64,000 nt of DNA, from contig JAYWIR010000014.1 of the NCBI GenBank assembly GCA_036172245.1, positions 2,790,001-2,854,000 on the forward strand, written 5' to 3'. The translations under genes and the position numbers were made by a program. The notes below the pieces were generated by a model. It was not told where the DNA came from, did not search any database, and saw nothing but the letters and a program-made list of their open reading frames with translations. Of this stretch, positions 24,308 to 38,100 are shown piece after piece (within the stretch, counting starts at the first letter, position 1; each line of letters begins with the position of its first letter). This DNA comes from Raillietiella orientalis. Its lineage: Eukaryota.

Positions 24308-27300
24308 TCATTTCACTTTGTTGATAAGATCATCACAAATGGCTGACAACTCTTGATTTTCCAGCGTTTTTTGCTCCAGATTTTTTTGCAGGCTGTTGGC
24401 TCGCATCTCGGCTTTTTTCAGTAGAGCGTTGAGTTTGGCCATGTCGGTTTCCTTAGCACGCTTCAGACTATCTATTTCTGCGTTAGCTCTAGATTGTGGA
24501 AGGAAAAAAGAACAAACAAACACATGAATAAAAACGAAAACAATGCTTTTTGCAAGGCAAAAAAGAAATGTCGAGGAAAGTAGTCGAAATTCAGGAAAGG
24601 GCGGCGGGAAAGCCGCAGCCGTCATGGCAGAGGGTGCCCGTGGGTGAGCAAAGCCGAGCGCAGACCCACGAGAGCAGAGTGATTTTGCGCTCGCCCCGAA
24701 CGGGGGGCTGCCGCTCCCGGCTTGCATGCTCTTCGATGGGACTCTTCGGCTGTAATCCCACCTTTTTTTTTCCTCCACATACGGATTCGCCATTCACGGA
24801 TCGAAATGTCTAACACACACACACACAAAATAGGGAAACCGCAACGAAATCGGGATCTGAGGGGCGGCTGACCTAACTGCCAGTATCCTGCATCGCTCGC
24901 GGCGGCGAAGCTTAAAATGAGGATGGTGGGTTTCATCTCAGGTTCCTTAGGGGAATTAAGGGAGCATGTATAATGCAGACTTTAAAAAATCTGGAAAACC
25001 AAGTGCAGGCAAATGATGATCGACCTACGCACTATCCTCGAAAAGGGATGAGAAAGCAAACACACAACGCTTTGGAGGGAATTAAGTCCATGGTGAAATG
25101 GAAAAGAAAAGAAAAGAAAGAAAGAAAAAACGCGGAAAGTGCACTTTTCCGTGCTCCCTCCCCGCCCGACCCCGAAGTACCTCCTCCGTGAAGGCTCGAA
25201 GGAGAAAACTTTTTGCCTTGTAATGTGAAAATCAATTGCTCAAATGGATTCGGAAATCGGGGACAGGAGAAGACAACGGCAAGGAAACCATTCAGCAGCC
25301 AGGACCGCCGAAACGGTAATGTGTGTATGCGCACTGAGAAATCAGGACGGGAACAATGAAATGGGAGATGAAAAACTTCAACAGCTCCTTGCTGCAAAGA
25401 TGCATAGCCTTTTTCTTCTTCTTTTTTTTTTTTATGGATCGCGGAGGCAGAAAATTCCCGAATATGCATTTATGGAGAAAGGGAGATTGTGCAATGCTCA
25501 TCGGAACCACTGACGGAAATAACGAACCAATGTGCACTCTGGGAGGAGATGACAGGAAAAACTACGCATGAGGAAACGCATTCTGCATACTTGACAAGGA
25601 ACGCCTTAAGATGCCGATGCTTCGAAGAAGACAGGTTTACGCGGTACACCCACGAACGGGAAGCAGAATGTTTTAACCTCGGAGCTGGCACAAGCAACCA
25701 CAATTACCTGAAGATAACACAGAAAGGGGGGGGGGAGGAGATCAAGAATCACACGATGAAAATCCATGCTACGCGAAATGAGGTTCACTTGGACCGCCGT
25801 TTTTGGCGAACCTCTGTTTATAGTAGCTGGTCACCGAAATTATATGTAACTGTGCCGCAACTTTCCCCGAAACATGACGACATCGATGCGGGACACTCCC
25901 ACGCAATCCCGGCATGACCGCAAGGACGGGAGAGCACTTTCAGGTTGTGTACAAGTGGATTCCGTGATTCATCACCAGAAACGAATGGGAAAACACCGCA
26001 CACCTCTCCACTATCCCCCTTTCAGACTTGTAAATAAATATCAAAGAGTGACAACTTGAAACGCAAACTGTAAACAGAGAGTCACTGCGAGAAACACGCA
26101 AAACCCTATCGAACGACTTGAATTTCACCAGACTGCGAGGACGAACTTTGTTTTGAAACAAATCAAATGCCAACCAAAACAGGACACTCGACACCTGCAG
26201 ACCTCTCAAGGTAATGAAACACTGCTGCAAAATAACGCATTCCTGCGCTCGAAAATACTTAATTCGACTCGTAGGACTCGTCGATTTCTCAAGCTGACGC
26301 AACTAATCCTGTGTGCAAATTCAATATCCCTGCGATCAAATGAACACACACACACTTCAGCCGGATCGCGAAAAGAATTCCCGCATCCAAGATCTACATA
26401 ATCGAAAGCGGCGGCACATGACGATGTTGCGCGTAGAGATAAGCGCAATGCAATTCCTACAATTACAACCGGTGGCAGGGATAAGACGGCACATGCTGAA
26501 ACCGACAAGAAAAAAAGGAAAAGAAAGAATCCGGGTCCACTTACTGTCGCAAAGTGTTCTCGGCCCGCTCCTTCAGCATGTCATACTTCGCCTCCTGCTT
26601 TCTCAATTTATGGTCATACTCTTGAACTTTCTCCTGCAAACTAATTTGTTCCTGCTTCAGCTCCTCAACCACAGCCTTCGTCCTTTCGTACTTGCTGGAA
26701 ACACAGGATAATTCATAATTCCCAGTCGGATCAGAAGAGGATCTATTGACCACCAGGGCACGAGAAAACTCGGTACCACTTTCCAAAGGAACCTCAAAAA
26801 CCAGAATGCGTGCGTTTATAGATTTTGGTAGAAAATAACGTTACACAAATTTTCCCTCTTGAGTTTGCAAATGCAATTTTCATGAAACTGAGGATCTTAC
26901 GAAATCAACAAGTATTTTGCAAAATAAATCCTTGGGGCAGTTACATTTATTCTTTAAACAGAGAAACAGCTGGAAGGAAACGGAAAACTCCAAGAGTGTA
27001 GAGTCTTGGAATATGCAACTCTAATAAATAAACTTTGCCACCAATACTAGAAATGCGAATCCACCTTACTAGAACCCGATCTCACCACTTTTGTACATTA
27101 CTATTTCCTGAATATTCCCTTGAAACAGCTACTGCAAGAAGGATACTTCCCTAGATTCTCATGACACTGCAACTCAATCTCTCTTCTTCCGTCTTCCTGA
27201 TACTTTTAGATTTAGAAATGCAAAAAATGTTTAAGAAAAATAATAATAATTGCCGCTCTCAAAACATTGCACTACAATTTCTCGTGAACAAACCACTACA

Positions 27301-30300
27301 AAACGAAACGAGAAGCAAAGAATTTGCCTTTCGCTTGCATCTTCTATTCCTTTCATATCCACATTACTAAGATAACTGACTACCATGTGTCATTCAAAAA
27401 GAAATTCTGAAGTAGCTCTCACGCATTTTCTATAAAACTGTTCGCATCCCAGGAAATAATTTCATTACGATCTCAAATGCAACTTTTCCATGGGTTGATG
27501 TTTTTGTTGGCGTATAACTACTTAAGATTTGTACAACTTTGCTACAGGTCAATCTACACGAATCATCCAACCTAGAAATGACAAGCGCAATGTTACTTGC
27601 ATAGTTCAATCACGTCCTCTTCTTACCTTGCCGAGACTGATCAGCCACAATTCCTTTCTGAGCAAGTTAATCGAATGCATGCAGAGTTCAGAACTGTATC
27701 AGGCAGCAGATTCTACATCTCCATCTCTGCAAGCTTAAAAACACGCTTGCACTTCTTTCGTTACATTTACATTACAAAGGAAAACTACTCTGAAACTCAT
27801 GGTCACTTTGATTCCTTCTATTGGGGTGGCTGCTTGTTGCCAAAACGTGCCTTCTGCAGGCCTACTCTATTGCTCAAGACATTTCAAGCTGATATACCTT
27901 CGCGAACCTTTCAGGGATTACACAAATCACCACTCAACACGTATCTCTGTAAACGTGTTGTGAACATGGGAGCCTACAAAATAGCTCATCTTTACACGTT
28001 TTCCTTAATGCAATTGTCACAACACTGATGAATTTCGAAGCAGACCCAAAATGGGCAGAAGATTCATAAACCACAAAATGGAAAACCTGAGAACTCTAAA
28101 CCTTTGTTTTTACATAAATATCAAATGCAGACCATCTACCAATTACATATCTGATAAATCTTGTAGCCCTATATTCATTATGAAAGGAAAATAGGAATCC
28201 ATGCAAACAGAAACACTATTTATTACTCTGTCCATGTACCTTGAAAAAAGTGCTCCCGAAAACAATCATGCACACTTAATCAAAACAGAATCCATTTCAA
28301 TACTTCTGATACCAAGCATGTTTTGCACCATCGTGAAATGCCCTGTTGCACATGCTCGGCACAATGTATCTTTGCCAAAATGATTTTGAAGTAGCTCACA
28401 CAGCATTTCGTATTCACATTTATGTACTTTGGTAAATGCTGACATCGTATACTTGCATTTTCTGTAAAACCGGAAAAGATGCAAATATCTTCTTTTTTTT
28501 TTTTTTTTGCTCCTGTAATTGATAATTTCTTACTCATGTTAATTTCTGATTTGACGATAGACAAATATCTACCGTCAACGAAAATATTCATCAAAAATTA
28601 CTGTTACGAAACAGTAAATTACAAAAATCTAAACATATATAAAGGAATCGGCAAAACTGATGCTACTTTACGTTTACTTAAATCTTTGCACTTTCTGCCT
28701 ACATGCTGCATGTTGCAAATTTCACAAGCTAACGTCGATAAAGTACCTTTGCAAAACTTTTCTGGAAACAATTACTGGAATTGTCTTACTCGGGATGAAC
28801 TCTGTAAATAACTACACAGACGGAATACAGTCCGTGATCTTGGAAAAAACAACCAGTATTTGGCAAGGTACAATTATGAATTTAAACACGATTTCAAAAA
28901 TGCTGCATTTGAGGAACTACCTTCAATTTCATGATTTTAGCCTATGTCCAAAAGTATGGTATAACACAACAAGGATATTACTTCAAGGCGAAATACGATT
29001 TTGTTGAATTAGATCAAGTTATCAAATTACAATTATCCCTTTTGGAAATATATTGAAACTAAGCACGGGCCTCTAAGGTGCTCACCTATTAAATGAATTA
29101 AAAGTGGCTTCCATGCTGACCAAATCATTTTTACATTGATCACGCTCTTTTTCTGCTTTCTCCTTTTCAATCTTGAAGGTTTTCTCACAGTTCTCCTTCT
29201 CAGTAAGTATCTCTTCCATTGTCTTTTGATATTGTAATACAGTTCCTCTATATAAAGAAACAAGCAAGCAAAAACAGAAAAATAGGAAAAATTATGATAA
29301 AATGCAAGTAACTTACACCATACTTTCATATTTTGTTTCAGTACTTTTGAGAGTTTTTGTTAGATGATTGATTCTTTCATTCAGTATTTGTAATTCCTTT
29401 TGATGCTTAAGTTCAAGTGCATCAATCTTCTCCTAAACAATGTATGCTTAAAACATGGAATGCAAATTTAGAAATACCTTTTCTTGAAGTTTCACAGAAT
29501 TCATAGCTTTTTGCACTTCTTCCACAGCAAGAAAATCTGGATCTGGCTGGAAATGAAAACTCATTGAAAAATATTCAACATATGCACATTCTTACTTTAC
29601 TGGAATCTAAGTTTAAAGGGGTCTCACTTGCAAGTGTACTGTTAAGAACAGGAGATGATAACCACTGCAATAAGTTTTCCTCAGAGCAACTGATAAAAGA
29701 AACAACTTCATGGGATCAATACTGTACATATTCCAGGTTTTTAATTATAATCTTGTGGATTATTAGAAATCACCCATCTTAGATTTTTCTATACATCCAA
29801 ATAACAAAATCTGTATCAGATATTTCAGTTTTTATATCAAGCTTTTTATGAAAATCAGAATGAATTTCTGCATGCTTATTCAAGAAAACTGTAGGCAACC
29901 ATTACAAAAGCTTCAAAAACCCTTTTGTGCCGAGTTTGTAGGAAAAAAAAAAAAAGTATGATTGCATGCAAAACATTGAGGGCAACATTTACAACCAATT
30001 TTGAATTTGCCAAACTACCAAACACCAATAACCTAGTTGCAACCACCACTTCCTAAATTTCATATGCTTCTCAATTTGATGATGTACTCTTACATGCACA
30101 CAAATTCCTTTTTTGAATATTTGAATTAATATTCTATTGTATCTTAATTAATGCCTGCATTATCATATCTTCATAATTCTTAATGCAAAATTTCAAATAT
30201 GACTTGACACTGTGAATACAAAAAACAGAAAGTTCTGCAAATTGATTCTAATCACACGTAGTAGTGATGCAATCAAATAATAGATATACTTAAGAGAATA

Positions 30301-31571
30301 CAAACAATTAGGAAGATAAAAATATCTTATTTCTAATAGAAACGTCTCCCAGATTAGAAACTTGAATTCACCTACAATTTATGGGTAATGCAAACATTTG
30401 GCTCAGCTTACGTGGAGCACAAAGTACATGAGAATCCGTTTAAACAAAAAAAAAAAGTTCCAAGTATTAAACTCTAAATGATTTTAAAGTTTTACAGCTA
30501 TTTCATAGGGTGACAACTTACATTCTCTAAAACACAAGTCAATAAACATATTTTTCGAGAGGCAAGTTTGCAATAGCAAAAAACACCAAAACAAAACTGC
30601 TGAATCAGAAACAGAATACTTGGCAATCAGTTATCTCGTATTTCATTACCTGAAATTATTAGTTCTGGAAATCTAACAAAATCAAATAATTTTGTCCATA
30701 TTCAGAAAAGCACTTACTTTTTCTTATCTGTTTTCACTTGTGGCGAAACAGCACTTATAGGTTTCTTCATTTTAGCTGTAGATAACAAAGGATCAAACTT
30801 CATTAAGGATACATCAGGCATCATATTCTGAGGACTCCCAGAATTTGTTAGCTTGGATAAAAACTCCAAATCATGGTCATTGAGAAGTACTGCAATCAAA
30901 GGCATTAGGGAACTGCATACAGCAACCAACCTGGAGGCTGATTGGAAAAATGAGCAGTATCTGGTCCTGCTTCAGTTTCTTCTGCATATACTTCTGAACA
31001 ACTAACAAAGCTTTCAAATGCTTTGTCTTCAAGCATGCTACTCTCATTCATTTCAATATTTACTGACTCATTCACTACAAAAGTTCTTTCATTTTTTTGA
31101 TTTTTTGAAGTATCCAGTGCACCAGAAATATTTGTACATGACTGTTTATCACAAGAAAGAACTTGTTCAGTATTGTCATTGTTCATATTAAAGGAGTCCA
31201 GAAAATTTGATAGCCAGTCACTGATACTCTTGTTCAACTGCACATCATTTGCTTCAATGCTATCTTCCTGATAGTCGTTTATATCACATTTGAAATTCAA
31301 AAATTCAGTGTCCTGGTGATTTGGAGGACAACTGCTGGATGAAATCAAATGCAGTGGAAATGAAGACTGTTTAAATGGGTCTATGTACTCATAGATGTTC
31401 GATGTTTCTGGAAAACAGCAAATAAAAAACAAAAACAAAAATCGAACAGACTATTTGGCCCCAAAAAAGCTTCATCAGGGTTTTTTGAAAACCGAAAATC
31501 TGGAACACGAAAGTTCTTGATATCACTTTCCTCTTCACCGAAAGTAATGACACTTGGACTGTTGGAAGAAT
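24308..31571 (-). CDS. TACC: TACC-family (transforming acidic coiled-coil) protein; 5' end not resolved
   Basis: Phase-consistent exons 31452-31571, 30931-31407, 30718-30889, (30650-30664), 29596-29689, 29478-29546, 29317-29432, 29086-29247, 26545-26694, 24308-24488. Contains SLMKFDPLL (cf. SLYLKFDPLL) and a C-terminal TACC coiled coil: DLVSMEATF..KYERTK..KYDMLKERAE..ANAEI..LKKAEMR..LEQKTLENQELSAICDDLI. Confidence 0.88.
24560..26300 (-). mobile_element. Degenerate BEL/Pao RT-RNase H relic filling the last TACC intron (sense to TACC)
   Basis: RCAVFSHS, NPLVHNLKVLSR, MHIREFSAS, RRSWLL..VF..NPF..LQGK, LSFAAASDAGY (~LHxFxDASxxGY), GKKKVGLQPK..SRERQ (~AKxxVAPxK..PRLEL). Confidence 0.58.
27480..28400 (+). 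mobile_element. Degenerate BEL/Pao RNase H end to integrase zinc finger in a TACC intron (antisense)
   Basis: DVFVG..KI, PQFL, SRFYISISASLKTRLHFFRY, KMGRRF (~RVGGRL), IHYE..IHANRNTI (~YH....HAG), IVKCPV. Confidence 0.5.
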
Positions 31572-32329
31572 CTAAACAAAAACACATTTCTAATATAATT
31601 TCTATTGAAAATTGCATAACATTTACGCTTCTTATAAATAATCACTAACACATTAATAAACTCTGCAGACTGCATACAAAATTCTCTCAAGTTCGTAATT
31701 CATTATGTTTAAGCATCAGATACTTCAAACATTATTTTCTACTCGGTTTTTTTCTCTTTTCTTCAAATGAGGTGGAAAATAGCTCCAAAATATGAACTTG
31801 AAATTATTTAAGTGATTCGTGAAATTACTTGAAACTTAATGTGAATGGCTGCTCCAAATCGGAATAAGAATTTCAATTTTTTATGAAGGTTTACAAATGC
31901 ATTAAAAGAAAGGCTTATTATTTTCAAATCTGCAACCTGACTACTAAGCATGTTGGGTTCTTATCATAATAGGGGAAAGCCTACAATAATGAGAAACCCA
32001 AAAATGAAAAGTTGGCACATGAATCAATATTCATTTACTAATTGTACTAGGTCCTTTTAAAATTCGAATGAATGAATTCATTTTTCGGCCGGATAGACAT
32101 GAGCATGTATTTACAATAAACCATACACAGAAACCGACGTTTCAATTCTAGTGGATCTCGCAAAAAGGAAAAATCGGGAACAATTCAACTCTCTGCCTCA
32201 TCCAAATATGCAGCATCTCCGTTTACATCATTAGCCTAACATTTACTTCACCCAGCCATCAACTCTGCACAGAAAACTCATCGTAAATGAAAGTCCTTCA
32301 AAAAAAAAAAAAAAAACTCACGGTAACGA

Positions 32330-35200
32330 ATTACGTAACGCGCATCCAACTTTCACTTTGGAGAAAAAGGTGGTTGGGGTGTTTCCTTTCAAAGGGGAAA
32401 GATTCGAAACAAACACACACAAGTGCCCGGGATCAACCGTCACATCGGTGGTGTTTTCAATTATTCCTGCGAGCTTCCCCAGCAACTTCCACGCTACGGT
32501 GCGTAACACAGGGCAACACTCGGAGAAACTGCGTAAACACCGACTCGGCACCGCGGTTCGAGACATCGAATGCGAAGCACCCGGCAGCTCGGAACGGTCT
32601 CCACAGAGTTTTTCTGAAGTGATCGAATGGGACGACTGGCCATACGGCCAGGACAAAAAAAAAAAAAAAAATGCAAGCTCTCCCGAGGATCCTCGGGATT
32701 GAGCTTCCCAGCCCGGGAACACTCCACCCGTTAAAAAATCCACCCGAAAACCACTCATTTACTCAACGAGATTAAAAAAGTATGACGAGATTCTTGAATC
32801 CCATTTGCAATCGATCCAGTTTCGTACTGTGGTGGTGCACACGAACAAGGAATACATCAGGAATGTCATCTCCTCCGCACGAGACCTATCTTGCAGACAT
32901 GGAAAGCAGGCTACGTCCCCTCCTTAGACGTCGTATGTTTTCGATATTCCCGCAAATGTGTAACACCGAAATCACATAAATGGCGACAAACACACACAGA
33001 CCGTGTTCAGCACATAAAAAGGGAACTGGAGACGTATCAGTTTGGAATAACGAAACTGATTCACATCTGCTCATTTGGATTAGGAATATCCACACTTAAC
33101 ATCGGATAGTATCAAAAGATTATTCAACAGCTTACAATAACAATTCAGAAAATCGTTGACATGAGTCAAATCGTTTTCACGTACCTATCCCTTAACTGTA
33201 CGACAAACAGAAAAATGTACAGATAATGCTCGAAACATGAAGCTAGAGACTTTAGCATTACAAGGAAAATCGTACATCATAAGTGTTATCTGATTTCCCT
33301 TCAAACAAATCCCAAGTGCGGTTTACAGGAAACTTGTTAAATCCAAAGGCATTCACACAGAAAGAGAAAAATAAGGCAAAATTTTAGCTTCCACTGCAGC
33401 ATTGCAAATACTGTAAAATACTTACACACACTACCAACATGATGATCCTCAGTCTTATCTCTATTCATGACACAGCTCACTACACTCACCAAATGCAAAT
33501 CAACAAGTCATATCAAACGTTATTAGAGCTTCTGGTATTTACAGATGAACACAATCTACGTGCGGCCATGCACACACTTCAACATGAATTTCGCGGTATT
33601 TCAAACTCGTTACGGAATACCAGAGCAATCTTCTAGAAATGTATATTAAATTCAACGCCTGCAAACATTCCTGAAACCAAGTCAAATGATGCAAGATAGC
33701 TTTTGGATTGTTGTGGGATCACGCCAAAGTTACTTGAAATGAACAATTGCACACAATTTGAATGTTTTCCTGTACCAAATTCCAATAAATCAGAGTATAT
33801 TTCCCATTTAAATCTCAGTACGTACTCACTATCGCTATAGACAACATGAGAATCCACATGCCCACCATAATAAAGGAGAGCACCATTAATATCCGCATCG
33901 TTTCCGTTGCTTTCGCTTTTATATAAAATTCAAGCATTCTTTTTAAAAAAACATTCAAATCTTCTTCAAAACAAATATTAAAAAATGCAAAACCTAAGCT
34001 TAAAAAACGCTTTTTTTTGAAAAAAAGTAAACATATAATGCAGTAAAAGTTTAAAAATGAAAACATGAGTAAAATTGAGTATTTTCAGCATGATATTCAT
34101 AAGATTCACAAAAACTGTTTCAAGTGCACATAGAAAATTGATAAAAATAGTGTTCACGTTTAAATTCTATATTATAAACTGATGAAAATTATTTGAAGAA
34201 ACATTAACTTCCTTTCGAATTAATTATTACAAACAAAAAATGCAGTAGACAGCCGTTATAATTAGTGTATAAATCCAAAGAATGAAAGAACAACAGAAAC
34301 AACAGAAAAATGTTTAGCATCAAACATTTTTGATTGGAATTTCAAAAGCTGGAAGGCTATACTTGATAGATAATTTGCATAGTTTCATACTATTTCTGTT
34401 TTTACTAGTGAACATGAACACCTTTTTTCTTCAAAACAAATGAATTGATCCAAGTGCATACAATAGTTTGCAACTAAAATATTTCCAGGAATATTCAAAA
34501 ACAGATCAATATGTTCGAAATGATGTAAGATCTGTCAGAATAACATGAGTTGTTAGGCCTTACTACATAATGATACATTTTCTTAAATTAGATCGGATAG
34601 ATCCCTTTAATATCTAAAAATGTCACTTAAAATTATTAAGTGTACCCAAAATTGTATGAAAGTCTTGAAATGACTGCAAAGAGGTCTGTTGTCGCTTTTG
34701 TTGCAAATGAAAATTAGCTGATTCAACTACCAAATTTTATCTATGGGCCATCGATCTTTGTTGGCAGTGTTGATAATAAATGAGAATTGTATTCCTAAAA
34801 CGACAGGCACTGTAGGAATCATTTTCTAATCACAGAAACATATAAACAAGACAATTCGAGATAACAATAGGCAATTGCCCTTTCCTAAATTCTATCTTTT
34901 GCTTTACATTCTAGCTTTCCTTAGGATACGACTTTAATGTTTTCTCCTCGAGTGAGCACAGTTTCATTAACAACATTAACATTTGGAATAGTAGTTCATG
35001 TTTAATGAACAGCCATTTGAAACCAAATACAAGTTCTTCTCAACATGTCTCAGTCCTTTCCCGGGACGTTATGCATTTTGAATTCAGCTCTTTTGTAGTC
35101 TGGAATTTCCCAAGAAGCTTCAGAGAAGCAATTTTTCAACACATTTATTACAACTTTGGAGAAATAGTACATGTTTCAAAGCTCCTTATGAAATCTTCCC
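32330..35200 (+). mobile_element. Degenerate BEL/Pao relics: integrase tail followed by a new RT-to-integrase unit
   Basis: LWRKRWLGCFL and AVRDIECEAPGSSER (integrase end, 32330-32620), then GYVPS, VFDIPA (~VFDASA), ETYQF..CSFGLG, ILSLISIHD (~ILSxIxxxDPLG), TIRDNNRQL (~IxSDNGxNF), VVWNFPR. Confidence 0.5.
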
Positions 35201-36949
35201 TGGCAATTACCAACTGAGGATGTACGCGACTTTACTTGCCTAAGATCAATTTGCTATTTTTCTAGAAAGCCAAGGATTTACAGCATTTTAAGAATTTTTC
35301 ATATATAAATAGTGAAACATATATAGAAATTTTCATAAACTTTTCATTTCATTAATCATGTTACCCATTTATGTGTTTCTAGCATCGATATAAATACTAG
35401 TCTGCAGAAAACTTAGAAATCCAGTTTTTTTTGATTAAATCTTAACTGAACATAATGAACATTTTCATTTATTAGACTTACATAATTTGAGAACTTTGCT
35501 TGATTTCAGTCGCATGCGACTAATGTGTAAGCTATTATGTGAACTCCACATATTAGAAGAATTTTGTTCGACAATAGTATGTATTTAGAGAATGAAATTC
35601 AATGAATCAAAAATAAAATATAGCTAATAATTGACATTTTATATGCGGTACTATTTGAGGAAAGCATTCGAGATATCTGGGTCCATCAGCAACTTCATGA
35701 ATTTCGAAATACAATGCCTTCGAGTTTCAGAACTTATTCAATAAGATATAATGTTGTTTAAAAATACTGCGAATTTCCAAAGGAGTATTGTAAATTTCTC
35801 TTTGCACTAAACCATGGACAGCTTAAGCCATCACTGAACTGTCAATCTTTTTGAAATGATGGAAAGCAGTTTGAGTTTATCACACTTTGTGTTGCTACTG
35901 ACAAAGCTACACAAAGTGCGATAAGCCCCTGTATGCTTGTTCTCCGGCTCCATTTTACACCTGGTTTTGGATCAGATAAGTGACACGAAAATCGTAAGGG
36001 GACTCGCAGCTTAGGATGACTTCTGAGATAACAGGCGATTTTCCGAGTGCTTTCAACGAGAAAGCTCGATAGAAAATTGGAAGATATTCCGTTAAAAAAA
36101 GATGAAATATGGGAACCATGTACTCATCTGAAAATTTAGCAGGAAGATATGTGTTGCATTCTTTTTAAGGTATTCTTGTGGACCATTGAAGTCACTTCTC
36201 CAATTAGTAAAAACAACAACAGACAAAAAAACAAGATGTGACATCTCTCTTTCTGAAGAAAGCTATTCAGTAGTTTACTTCTATGCATATGCCGTGAAAG
36301 AAAAGAATGCAGTGGTATAGGGTTCTAAGCCTGTTGAAGGGAAATATGAAAAGCTGATCACTGAAGATGAAAAAGCACAGGTAGGTTATCGAAACAGGAT
36401 CATCTGACCTAAACATCTGTTACATGAGAACTTGAATGCCAGAATTCCAACTGTATACGTTCTCTCACGGAATAGTAAAAGTTCAGTGTTACTGAAGAAC
36501 TTATCCTGTGATATGACAAAGATAGAGCTGTTAGAATGCGACAATAGCAGCATTATGCTCAAATTCTAACTGGCTTTTCGAATCGTTACCATCACAACCG
36601 ATGGATGGACATAGTATGTAGGAAATATTTAAGACATTCATTGAAGTCATCAATCATGCTCATAGGTTTGCTATTTTCCATTTTAAACCTGGGTTTCTGG
36701 GTTATTTTAAAGGGGGAGAATGGAAGCTTCATGGAAGGATCATCTGAAGAATGCTACTTACTCCTCCGAATCTTTCATCATGCACTCCGCGATTTCTGAA
36801 TCATTATTTTTTCGACTGCTTGTATGAAAGTCGTACTCGAATATAAAGCGCATTTAGATTTAGAAATGAAGCACAGCAAAACTTGTTTCTGTTTAGAAGC
36901 TAAAAACTGCTGACATGTGATTCAGATGTGTTATCGTAACTTTTCCTTG

Positions 36950-38100
36950 GAGAATAATGAGCAAATGGCAGATTCTCGACCTATTTGAACACTCTTAACT
37001 TAACTGGACCTTCTTGTAAAGAAATGTCTCCATCGTTGCTGTTTAACAACTAATGTATAAAAAGGCTGATCAGAGCAAAAATTGAAGATAAATCAAGTTT
37101 TACTAAATGAATGGATTGATTCGTCTCTTGTGGCAATATTCTTCGAGCGAAACTATCAAAGTTATTTCGTCGTTTCGAAAATGTTTTCAGCAACCATAAA
37201 CAATAGCGAATCGTTTTTAAAAGAGGAAAAAAAATTGCACTTATGATACTTTGGGGTTTCTCTTTTTGCTTCACAGTTTTTATTATCTCTCAATAAAAGC
37301 AGTACAGTGAATTTATTTTATCTCAAGACTTGAATTTGCTGTTTTTTTTGGACAAGAAAATGTTTTGTGACTAAAGAGAGTTTTACAGAAGAATCACTTA
37401 ACTGAAATGGGCGATATTGCTTCAGTTGCAGTTAAAAAACACAAAGAAATCTATGGAAAGTATTTTCAGTAGCTATGAAATGTATACCCACAACTTTTCA
37501 TCTTCTGCTCTGAATATTGTGAACTTGAAATATGCTGGTAAATTTTTCTCCACATGTGGTGGCTGAATGATAAGTACTGAATAATGTATTGCCATAAATC
37601 GTGCTCACGAAATTTGGGGGACCAATTTGAAAGGAAAAGTAATCGTATCAAATAAACAATGCGTGTTGTTCCATTTGATGCCTAGCAGTGCAACTTGAAA
37701 ATCATCCGATTTACAAGGGAAACATTTTTTTCCAAGCAATCTGCGAGGATAAGCCCCAAACTAGCTGACTGTGAGGAAATAACTTCACATGCGTGGAGAC
37801 CACACAACACTCACATTCAATCGCATTTACGTGGTCGTGTCAGTTATGCACATCCTCGTAAGTGTATAACTAACAGGGCAAGTATTCCTCGAAGAGATTA
37901 TGATGTAATTCATGTGAAGAAAAAACATGGTTTCAAAATTTGCAAATCTAGATACGTGTGGCTCCAGTTGTGGGGGCTGGAGCGATGGAAGCCTGCTGCT
38001 ACAGTTCCCGCCACCACCAGTCGTGGGACACTTGAAAAATTCAGGACAGATACTGGGAACCTCTCTTTTGATGCTTGTAGGATTTCATAAACATACAGTT
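36950..38100 (-). mobile_element. Highly degenerate BEL/Pao RNase H/integrase relic
   Basis: RLVVAGTVAAGFHRSSPHNWSH (~FVANRVAEIH..SP.QWRH), then LKTFSKRR and W..FFTR..VKSV downstream. Weak. Confidence 0.4.

Noticed and set aside
31620..32290. Additional 5' TACC exons and start codon
   Set aside because: Several possible splice sites exist, but no phase-consistent, convincing chain could be fixed by eye.
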